Below, in pieces: positions 55,957 to 64,000 of a DNA stretch of 64,000 nucleotides. The DNA is from Ferruginibacter sp. GTDB taxonomy: Bacteria > Bacteroidota > Bacteroidia > Chitinophagales > Chitinophagaceae. Position 1 is the stretch's first letter, and each line of letters begins with the position of its first letter. The stretch covers positions 2,588-66,587 of the forward strand of contig DATHNB010000370.1 in assembly GCA_035486495.1 (NCBI GenBank), given 5' to 3'. The translations under genes were made by a program, and so were the position numbers. The notes beneath the pieces were generated by a model, which made no database searches, was not told the DNA's origin, and was given only the letters and a program-made list of their open reading frames with translations.

Positions 55957-57408
55957 ATGTCATTATTAAAGTACGAATCACAACTAAGGGAACCATTGGT
56001 AGATGGTGTTAAAGATTACCATCAGGTAACAGAAGACATTATACGCCCCATTGAAATGAAGCCGAGCCGTTTATGGTATATTGGTTTTTATACCAGTGTA
56101 ATTTTATTATGCCTTGGTGGTTACAGTGTTTATCGCGAAGTTACTTACGGTATTGGTCAGTGGAACCTTAATAAAACAATTGGTTGGGGTTGGGATATTA
56201 CCAACTTCGTTTGGTGGGTAGGTATCGGTCATGCCGGAACATTGATTTCTGCAATTCTTTTATTGTTCCGTCAAGGTTGGAGAACGGGTGTAAACCGTGC
56301 TGCGGAAGCGATGACAATTTTTGCGGTAATGTGCGCGGGTCAGTTTCCTATCTGGCACATGGGTCGTGTATGGATGGCTTTCTTTGTAATGCCTTACCCT
56401 AACACTCGTGGTCCGCTATGGGTTAACTTTAACTCTCCATTACTTTGGGATGTATTTGCGATATCAACTTATTTTACTGTATCTCTTTTATTTTGGTATA
56501 CAGGTCTATTACCAGATTTGGCTACAGTAAGAGACAGAGCTAAAACAAAATTCCGCAAAATGTTTTATGGTGTTGCATCGTTCGGTTGGAGCGGTAGCAC
56601 TAAACATTGGCAACGTCATGAAAGCTTATCGTTGGTATTGGCAGGTTTAAGTACACCACTTGTACTTTCTGTACATACGATTGTATCTTTTGACTTTGCG
56701 ACTTCAGTAATTCCAGGCTGGCACACAACGATCTTCCCTCCGTATTTCGTTGCGGGTGCGATATTCAGTGGATTTGCCATGGTGCAGTCTCTGATGATCA
56801 TCTTAAGAAAAGTATTTGTGTTAGACGATTATATCACATTGGGCCATATCGAAGCAATGAATAAAGTAATTGTATTGACTGGCTCTATTGTAGGTGTTGC
56901 GTATATTACTGAATTATTCATTGCATGGTACGGACAAAACCCTTACGAATGGTATGCGTTCAGTCAAAACCGCGTAAACTTGTTTAGTCCTTATGGATGG
57001 AGCTATTACTTGATGATGTTCTGTAACGTGGTATCTCCACAGTTATTCTGGAGCAAAAAATTAAGAAGAAATATTCCGTTTACATTCTTTATGAGTATTG
57101 TAGTGAATGTAGGTATGTGGTACGAGCGTTTTGTAATTATCGTTACTTCTACTTACAGAGATTATTTACCATCGTCTTGGAGTACTTATTATAGCCCTTC
57201 TATTTATGAAATAGGTTTTTATGTGGGTACGTTTGGATTGTTCTTTACATGTTTCTTCCTGTTCTCTAAATATTTCCCTGTAATTGCCGTGGCTGAAATC
57301 AAGAGCATATTGAAAACTTCGGGTGAGAACTACAAGGTAAAAATGACAGAGACCGAAAAACAAGATTCAGAGAAATTTTATATTGAAGAAGTAGAACACG
57401 CACACTAG
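55957..57408 (+). CDS. actC: Alternative complex III quinol-oxidising subunit (NrfD family)
   Basis: WGWDITNFVWWVGIGHAGT, RAAEAMT, WHMGR, SPLLWD and GWHTT. Confidence 0.94.
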   Translation: MSLLKYESQLREPLVDGVKDYHQVTEDIIRPIEMKPSRLWYIGFYTSVILLCLGGYSVYREVTYGIGQWNLNKTIGWGWDITNFVWWVGIGHAGTLISAILLLFRQGWRTGVNRAAEAMTIFAVMCAGQFPIWHMGRVWMAFFVMPYPNTRGPLWVNFNSPLLWDVFAISTYFTVSLLFWYTGLLPDLATVRDRAKTKFRKMFYGVASFGWSGSTKHWQRHESLSLVLAGLSTPLVLSVHTIVSFDFATSVIPGWHTTIFPPYFVAGAIFSGFAMVQSLMIILRKVFVLDDYITLGHIEAMNKVIVLTGSIVGVAYITELFIAWYGQNPYEWYAFSQNRVNLFSPYGWSYYLMMFCNVVSPQLFWSKKLRRNIPFTFFMSIVVNVGMWYERFVIIVTSTYRDYLPSSWSTYYSPSIYEIGFYVGTFGLFFTCFFLFSKYFPVIAVAEIKSILKTSGENYKVKMTETEKQDSEKFYIEEVEHAH

Positions 57409-57443
57409 GAATTAATAATTGATAATTAATAATTGATATTAAT
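57409..57443 (+). repeat. Intergenic spacer made entirely of five heptamers
   Basis: GAATTAA TAATTGA TAATTAA TAATTGA TATTAAT. Confidence 0.7.
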
Positions 57444-58028
57444 ATGGCTTTCAAAAAATTTGTGGTAGGTAGTTTTGATGATGAAAATGTATTGTTTCCT
57501 GCGGTAAAGAATGTTCGCCGTGCTGGTTACAAGATTCATGACGTCTACACTCCATTTCCTATACATGGTTTAGATCATGCAATGGGTTTAAGAGAAACGA
57601 GTATTCATACCGCAGGTTTCATTTACGGTATCACAGGTACTACAACTGCATTGAGCTGTATTAGCTGGATATTGGTTAGGGACTGGCCCTTGAATTTTGG
57701 TGGTAAACCACACTTTTCATTACCGGCTTGGATACCTATTACATTTGAATTAACGGTATTATTTGCAGCGGTAGGTATGGTACTTACTTTTTGTTACCTC
57801 TGCCAGCTGGCACCATTCCTAAAAAAACATGTGTTTCATCCAAGATCTACGGATGATCTTTTTACAATGGTTATTGAGTGTACAGACAAAACAAACGAGA
57901 GTGAAGTGCAAGCTTTTTTACAAAATGCAGGTGCAAAAGAAATAAATGTACAAAATGCAGAAACAGGATGGTGGATCGGAACATACGACAAAGAACAAAA
58001 ATTGTACAGCGACGAAAAAGGATATTAA
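57444..58028 (+). CDS. actD: Alternative complex III subunit D (DUF3341)
   Basis: DVYTPFPIHGL, WPLNFGGKP and PITFELTVL. Confidence 0.92.
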   Translation: MAFKKFVVGSFDDENVLFPAVKNVRRAGYKIHDVYTPFPIHGLDHAMGLRETSIHTAGFIYGITGTTTALSCISWILVRDWPLNFGGKPHFSLPAWIPITFELTVLFAAVGMVLTFCYLCQLAPFLKKHVFHPRSTDDLFTMVIECTDKTNESEVQAFLQNAGAKEINVQNAETGWWIGTYDKEQKLYSDEKGY

Positions 58029-58081
58029 TAAAAGAAGGACCAATTAGAACAAACTGATTTTATAGAATTTATAAGACTGCA

Positions 58082-58711
58082 ATGAAAAAAAATACAATCA
58101 TAACCGTTTTAGTACTGACAATTACAGCAGCAACTTCTGTAATGACAGGCTGTAGCATTGACAGCAAACGTGAACCAGGTAAAGTGTACATGCCCGATAT
58201 GGCTTACAGTCGTGCCGTAGAAACTTATGCTGAATTAGACTCTACTGTTTTTACAGATGATACTGCTAAAATCGGATCAGAAATATTTTATGATCGCATG
58301 CCTGTTGCTGGTACTATCAGAAGAGGAGACTTAATGCCTTATCCTTACGCTAATGATTCTATTGGTTATGTAATGAGCGCACAGGTTAAAAACCCGATGC
58401 CGGCTTTGACTACGGCAGATAGTGCAGAAGCATCAAGATTATTTAATATCAACTGTGCTATTTGTCATGGTGCTGATGGAAAAGCTGACGGCCCCTTATC
58501 TTCAAAGATTGGTGGTATTGCTAATTTCACTCAGCAGAAATATATTGACATGGCAGATGGAACAATGTTTCATAGTATCAATTACGGAAAAAATAACATG
58601 GGAAGTTATGCTTCTCAGTTAAGCAGACAACAACGTTGGATGATCATTCATTACATAAGAACGTTGCAGCCAAAACCTGCAGCAGATAGTACAAGTACAG
58701 CAAAAAAATAA
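58082..58711 (+). CDS. actE: Alternative complex III monoheme lipoprotein cytochrome c
   Basis: Lipobox MTGC, YMPDM, CAICHG and NMGSYA. Confidence 0.92.
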   Translation: MKKNTIITVLVLTITAATSVMTGCSIDSKREPGKVYMPDMAYSRAVETYAELDSTVFTDDTAKIGSEIFYDRMPVAGTIRRGDLMPYPYANDSIGYVMSAQVKNPMPALTTADSAEASRLFNINCAICHGADGKADGPLSSKIGGIANFTQQKYIDMADGTMFHSINYGKNNMGSYASQLSRQQRWMIIHYIRTLQPKPAADSTSTAKK

Positions 58712-58737
58712 AAGCGTTCACTCAAAATAAAGTTTAG

Positions 58738-59991
58738 ATGAATCATTCTTTCGAATTACCGAGCAGTTATAAAAAATGGACTATAGGCCTTATCGTAGTA
58801 GGTATTATAGCTTTATTATACGGTTTAATTGCATTTCATCCATTTACACCTTCTGTAAATGGTGATCATACTGATAGCACGCGCTTTTGGGCAGTGTTAT
58901 TGCAAAACAGTGTTTTCTTTTTATTAATAGTGAATGCAAGTATGTTCTTTATCTGCTTTACTACTTTAGCAATGGGGGGATGGCAGGTAGCTTTTCGCCG
59001 TGTGCCAGAGGCTATATCAAGTGTAGTACCTGTTTTAGGTTTGATCTGTTTTGTTATTTTATTGGCAATTATACTGGGACATCGTGGAGATATTTATCCG
59101 TGGGCGAATCCTAGTGTCCTTGATAAGACCTCTCCATTATATGACAAAATAATAGATGGGAAAAGTGGTTTTTTAAACCCTGCTTTTTTCCTTTTATTTT
59201 CTGCGGGAACTATTTTAGCTTGGTGGTTGTTAGGTAGAAAAATGCGCTCACTAAGTTTAGATAGCGATAAAGAAGGTCACATGGATTATGAAACAGCAAA
59301 AAGCTGGATGAGCAAAAATATTACCATTGCTGCTGTTTATACTGTAATATTCGGTTTAACAGTTGGTTCTACAATTCCGTGGTTGTGGTTAATGAGTATT
59401 GACGTTCATTGGTACAGTACTATGTTTAGCTGGTACACTTTCGCAAGTTCTTTTGTATCCGGTTTATCATTGATAGCGATTTTCGTTGTGTATTTAAAGA
59501 ACCAAGGGCAGTTGGAATATGTTACTGATGAGCATTTACATGATCTGGGTAAATTTATGTTTGCATTTTCTATCTTCTGGGCATATTTGTGGTTTGATCA
59601 ATACATGCTTATCTGGTATGCGAATATTCCTGAAGAAACTACCTATTTTAAAATAAGAGTTGAAGGTCCGTTCCGTGGTATATTCTTCATCAACTTTATC
59701 ATCAACTTTATTTGTCCTTTATTGATATTAATGAAAAAAGCAACTAAACGTAACTGGACTTTAATGACGTTTATGGCTATTCTTATCATATTTGGACATT
59801 GGTTAGATTTCTGGCAAATGGTTATGCCTGGTACACTAAAAGACCATGCAGAATTAATGCCTTTTGAATTTGGTATTGCAGCTTTATTTGTTGGAATTAT
59901 TATGTGGAGAATAGGTGTTTTCATTTCAAGTAATCCGTTGACTGCAAAAAATCATCCTTTCTTAAAAGAAAGTATGATACACCATACGTAG
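58738..59991 (+). CDS. actF: Alternative complex III subunit F
   Basis: About 10 TMs; HWYSTMF, HLHDLGKF and IWYANIPEE. Confidence 0.92.
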   Translation: MNHSFELPSSYKKWTIGLIVVGIIALLYGLIAFHPFTPSVNGDHTDSTRFWAVLLQNSVFFLLIVNASMFFICFTTLAMGGWQVAFRRVPEAISSVVPVLGLICFVILLAIILGHRGDIYPWANPSVLDKTSPLYDKIIDGKSGFLNPAFFLLFSAGTILAWWLLGRKMRSLSLDSDKEGHMDYETAKSWMSKNITIAAVYTVIFGLTVGSTIPWLWLMSIDVHWYSTMFSWYTFASSFVSGLSLIAIFVVYLKNQGQLEYVTDEHLHDLGKFMFAFSIFWAYLWFDQYMLIWYANIPEETTYFKIRVEGPFRGIFFINFIINFICPLLILMKKATKRNWTLMTFMAILIIFGHWLDFWQMVMPGTLKDHAELMPFEFGIAALFVGIIMWRIGVFISSNPLTAKNHPFLKESMIHHT

Positions 59992-60059
59992 TTGAAAAAA
60001 TGTTCGGCTAAAAAATATTTTAATAATAGAATAATAATTACAGAAAATAATATTGCATC

Positions 60060-61103
60060 ATGACAGATTTTTTGTTGATAGCTATACTGGTAATGATTTT
60101 CATAGTCATCTTTCAGATTGCGAAAGCTAGTGAATACGTAAGCGTACTAAAGGGCGAGGATAAAGCACGCAAACAAAATAATAAGATCAATGCTTTCTTA
60201 CTGATCATGTTTTTAGTGTTTGGTTTGATTGGCGTGTGGTGGTGCAATGACATGTTCTACGGCAAAACATTGTTCCCACAAGGTGCAGCTTCAGAGATGG
60301 GGCAAAAAATTGATTTGATGTTGTACATCACAATTGGTGTAACAGGTGTTGTATTCGTTATTACACAAGTGTTATTGTTTTGGTTCGCATTCAAATATCA
60401 GGAAAGAGATGACCGCAAAGCTTTCTATTTTCCACATAATACTAAATTAGAATTGCTTTGGACGACAGTACCGGCTATCTTCTTAACTGTATTGGTTGTA
60501 TTCGGTTTGAAATACTGGTTTAAAATGACAAGTGATGCTCCTAAAGATGCTATTGTTGTTGAAGTTACTGGTCACCAATTTGGATGGGAATTCCGCTATC
60601 CGGGCGCTGACGGCATCTTAGGTAAAAAAGATTACAGATTAACTAAAGGTGCTAACAGCTTAGGCGTTGATTTTAGCGATCCTGCAAGTTTAGATGACAT
60701 ACATGTTTCAGGAACAATGCATATACCTGTTGGTAAACCGGTAAAATTCGTTATTAATTCTCAGGATGTTATACATGATGTTGGGTTATCTCATTTTAGA
60801 ATGAAAATGGATGCTGTTCCGGGTATTCCAACAACGTTATGGTTCACACCATTATATACTACGGAGCAAATGAAAACTCGTTCTGGAGATCCAAATTTTG
60901 TATATGAAATAAGTTGTGATCAAATGTGTGGTAAAGGGCATTTTTCTATGCGCGGTGTTATCATTGTTGATAGCGAAGCTGATTATGAAAAATGGTTAAG
61001 CTCACAGAAGTCAGAATATGCTACGATCTTTCCTGCTGGAGGAAGCGATAGCACAAAGACAACTGCTGACAGCACAAAAGTAGTAGCAAGTATTGCAAAA
61101 TAA
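60060..61103 (+). CDS. coxB: Cytochrome c oxidase subunit II
   Basis: QFGWEFRYPG, DVIH and CuA motif CDQMCGKGHFSM. Confidence 0.93.
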   Translation: MTDFLLIAILVMIFIVIFQIAKASEYVSVLKGEDKARKQNNKINAFLLIMFLVFGLIGVWWCNDMFYGKTLFPQGAASEMGQKIDLMLYITIGVTGVVFVITQVLLFWFAFKYQERDDRKAFYFPHNTKLELLWTTVPAIFLTVLVVFGLKYWFKMTSDAPKDAIVVEVTGHQFGWEFRYPGADGILGKKDYRLTKGANSLGVDFSDPASLDDIHVSGTMHIPVGKPVKFVINSQDVIHDVGLSHFRMKMDAVPGIPTTLWFTPLYTTEQMKTRSGDPNFVYEISCDQMCGKGHFSMRGVIIVDSEADYEKWLSSQKSEYATIFPAGGSDSTKTTADSTKVVASIAK

Positions 61104-61136
61104 ATTATTATTAGTCTAGATAAATAGCACAAGATT

Positions 61137-62939
61137 ATGAGTAGCGAAACAACCTTACACGGAGCAGATGTTCATGCAGCACACGATGCGCATGACGAAC
61201 ATCACCACCACGAAACGTTTATTACCAAATACGTTTTCAGTCAGGATCACAAAATGATATCTAAGCAGTTTTTAATAACAGGTATTATTTGGGCCATAAT
61301 TGGAGGCTTGTTCTCTGTATTGTTTCGTCTACAATTGGGTTATCCTGATTCACATTTCCAAATATTAGAAGACCTATTAGGCCATTGGGCCAAAGGCGGT
61401 AAAATACAACCTGAATTTTATTATGCTTTGGTAACGATGCATGGTACTATCCTTGTATTCTTTGTATTGACTGCAGGACTGAGCGGTACATTCGCTAACT
61501 TCTTAATTCCTTTACAAATTGGTGCAAGAGATATGGCATCTCCGATGTTGAATATGATGAGCTACTGGTTTTTCTTTTTAGCGTCTGTTATCATGTTCTC
61601 TTCATTGTTTGTACAAACTGGTCCTGCCGCAGGTGGTTGGACGATCTATCCTCCGTTAAGTGCTTTGGGAGATGCTTCACAAGGTTCTAAAATTGGTATG
61701 GATCTTTGGTTGGTTAGTATGGCTATGTTTATTGTGAGCTCTTTATTGGGTGGATTAAACTATATCTCTACAATTCTTAACCTACGTACGAAAGGGATGA
61801 GCATGACTAGAATGCCACTAACAATGTGGGCTATTTTCTTCACTGCTGTACTAGGTGTATTATCTTTCCCTGTATTATTATCAGGAGCTATTTTATTATT
61901 ATTTGATAGAAACTTAGGTACAAGTTTCTTCTTAAGCGATATCGTTATCAATGGTAAAATTTTACCAAATGAGGGAGGTAGTCCGATCTTGTTCCAGCAT
62001 TTATTTTGGTTTTTAGGTCACCCTGAAGTATATATCATTCTACTTCCTGCGATGGGTATGGCTTCTGAAATCCTTTCTGTTAATAGTCGTAAACCGATTT
62101 TCGGTTATATGGCAATGGTTGGTTCTTTATTCGCTATCGCGATATTGGCCTTCTTGGTATGGGCGCATCACATGTTCGTTACAGGGTTGAATCCTTTCCT
62201 CGGGGCATTCTTTGTACTACTTACTTTATTGATCGCGGTTCCATCAGCTATTAAAGTATTTAACTGGTTAACTACTTTATGGCGTGCGAATATTCGCTTT
62301 ACACCGGCAATGTTATTTTCTATCGGTTTCGTTAGTTTATTTATCAGTGGTGGTTTAACGGGTATTTTCTTAGGAAACTCTGCATTAGATATTCACTTAC
62401 ATGATACATATTTTGTGGTTGCGCATTTCCATATTGTGATGGGTGTGGCATCTTTCTTCGGAATGTTTGCAGGTATCTACCACTGGTATCCTAAAATGTA
62501 CGGTCGCTATTTGAATAATACATTGGCATATATACATTTTTGGGTTACTATCGTTGGCGCATATTTAATTTTTTGGCCAATGCACTATGAAGGTTTAGCA
62601 GGTATGCCTCGCCGTTATTATGATTACACTGGCTGGGAATCATTCAAAATGTTTGCCGGTTTAAATCAGTTCATCAGCTTCGTAGCAATGGTGGTGTTCG
62701 TAACACAATTATTATTTGTTTTCAACTTTTTCTATAGCATTTTCAAAGGAAGAAAAGTGAAAGATCCAAATCCTTGGGGTGCTAATACTTTAGAATGGAC
62801 AACACCAATTAATCCGGGACATGGTAACTGGCCTGGAGAAATTCCTGAAGTTTTCCGTGGTGCTTATGATTATGCTAAAGATGGAAGAGAGTTCATTCCG
62901 CAGACAGAGCCGATTGGTGCGAATGAGAGTCATCACTAG
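61137..62939 (+). CDS. coxA: Cytochrome c oxidase subunit I (A1 type)
   Basis: TMHG, GHPEVY, WAHHMF and HDTYFVVAHFH. Confidence 0.96.
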   Translation: MSSETTLHGADVHAAHDAHDEHHHHETFITKYVFSQDHKMISKQFLITGIIWAIIGGLFSVLFRLQLGYPDSHFQILEDLLGHWAKGGKIQPEFYYALVTMHGTILVFFVLTAGLSGTFANFLIPLQIGARDMASPMLNMMSYWFFFLASVIMFSSLFVQTGPAAGGWTIYPPLSALGDASQGSKIGMDLWLVSMAMFIVSSLLGGLNYISTILNLRTKGMSMTRMPLTMWAIFFTAVLGVLSFPVLLSGAILLLFDRNLGTSFFLSDIVINGKILPNEGGSPILFQHLFWFLGHPEVYIILLPAMGMASEILSVNSRKPIFGYMAMVGSLFAIAILAFLVWAHHMFVTGLNPFLGAFFVLLTLLIAVPSAIKVFNWLTTLWRANIRFTPAMLFSIGFVSLFISGGLTGIFLGNSALDIHLHDTYFVVAHFHIVMGVASFFGMFAGIYHWYPKMYGRYLNNTLAYIHFWVTIVGAYLIFWPMHYEGLAGMPRRYYDYTGWESFKMFAGLNQFISFVAMVVFVTQLLFVFNFFYSIFKGRKVKDPNPWGANTLEWTTPINPGHGNWPGEIPEVFRGAYDYAKDGREFIPQTEPIGANESHH

Positions 62940-63007
62940 AATATCGCTATTGTAAATAATTTGTGTGAGAGGTATTGAGCAGATAAATAATTAAGATTTT
63001 TGAAAGG

Positions 63008-63934
63008 ATGCAGCAAGACACAAATACCATAGCTAATTCAAATTCGTTTGTATTAGCAAGCAAAGTGAAAGATTATTTTCAATTAATCAAGTTCACTTTA
63101 AGCTTTATGGTGGTATTTAGTACTGTTGTAAGTTTTTTGATCGCACCGAATGAAGATTATTTTGTACGGTCGAAAATAATATCAGTTCTTTTACTTTTTG
63201 TTGGAGGAATGCTGGTTACTGGATCAGCTAACGCGATTAATCAGGTAATTGAAAAAGATACCGATGCAATGATGTTGCGCACAGCTAAACGTCCTATTGC
63301 AAGTGGCAGAATGAGTACACAAGAAGGTACTATTTTCGCGATTGTTACAGGGATTTTAGGTGTCTTTGTCTTGTGGTATTGGTTCAATTATCAAAGTGCT
63401 TTGATAGGATTGTTCAGCTTGTTTTTATATGGCTTTATTTATACGCCACTTAAAAAAGTTAATTCTGTTGCAGTATTGGTTGGTGCATTTCCGGGAGCTT
63501 TTCCTTGTTTAATTGGATGGGTTGCAGCTTTTGGCGATCATCCTGTTTCATGGTTAGGCGGATGGATCTTATTTGGTATTCAGTTCTTATGGCAGTTCCC
63601 TCATTTTTGGGCAATTGCCTGGTTGGCACATAAAGATTATACAACAGCAGGGTTTAAATTATTGCCGGGGGATCAGGGCCCTACAAAATTTACAGCGCTG
63701 CAATGTATCATCTATAGTTCTTTAATGATTCCGGTTGGCTTACTACCTTACTTTACAGGAATGGCGGGAATGACGAGTATGTGGATTTTGATAGCTTGTA
63801 ATTTATGGATGGTATATAAAAGTATCATCTTGTTTATAAAAATGGATGTGAAGAGTGCAAGAATGGTAATGTTCAGTTCTTATTTTTATTTAATGATTGT
63901 ATTGCTGGCATTATTTGCCAATAGAATTGTGTAG
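63008..63934 (+). CDS. cyoE: Protoheme IX farnesyltransferase (heme O synthase)
   Basis: NQVIEKDTDAMMLRTAKRP, YTPLK and WQFPHFWA. Confidence 0.94.
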   Translation: MQQDTNTIANSNSFVLASKVKDYFQLIKFTLSFMVVFSTVVSFLIAPNEDYFVRSKIISVLLLFVGGMLVTGSANAINQVIEKDTDAMMLRTAKRPIASGRMSTQEGTIFAIVTGILGVFVLWYWFNYQSALIGLFSLFLYGFIYTPLKKVNSVAVLVGAFPGAFPCLIGWVAAFGDHPVSWLGGWILFGIQFLWQFPHFWAIAWLAHKDYTTAGFKLLPGDQGPTKFTALQCIIYSSLMIPVGLLPYFTGMAGMTSMWILIACNLWMVYKSIILFIKMDVKSARMVMFSSYFYLMIVLLALFANRIV

Positions 63935-63985
63935 CAATTGATACGATCAAAATCAATTTAATCAACGGTTATAACAAATAGTTGA

Positions 63986-64000
63986 ATGGGTACAGTGGTA
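63986..64000 (+). CDS. Possible start of the next operon gene (oxidase subunit III?), truncated
   Basis: ATG GGT ACA GTG GTA open at the window edge; identity inferred only from the usual operon order. Confidence 0.25.

Overview
AT-rich, densely coding chromosomal segment of a Bacteroidota bacterium. TAnnTTTG -7 promoter elements, A-rich starts without Shine-Dalgarno sites and the gene content suggest Chitinophagaceae (inference). It holds 53 complete CDSs, mostly housekeeping (uppP, ruvC, greA, tsaB, alaS, gatB, recO, prfA, tatC, rpiB, polA, cysS, rlmD, metF, lptB, fabG, can, purN). It ends in an alternative complex III (actABCDEF) / A1-type cytochrome c oxidase (coxB, coxA, cyoE) operon. 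I saw no rRNA, tRNA, CRISPR array, integrase or transposase. The non-routine signal is mostly non-coding: (i) a sigma54-type promoter followed by an ~80-nt terminated RNA candidate after prfA; (ii) three dispersed copies of a conserved ~50-nt structured element, all in the sense orientation; (iii) a terminator hairpin lying between the greA promoter and start codon; (iv) several families of short repeats (heptamer/octamer arrays, CCCCC-TTCA-GGGGG REP-like units, a nested GGGCTAAAGCC palindrome), some of which lie inside coding sequence or supply stop codons. Protein-level points of interest are a single-polypeptide GH18-deacetylase-GT2 polysaccharide synthase, a probable active/inactive rhomboid pair, and clamp-binding-like motifs in PolA and in a MerR-like protein. 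All family calls come from motif recognition by eye; no searches were run.
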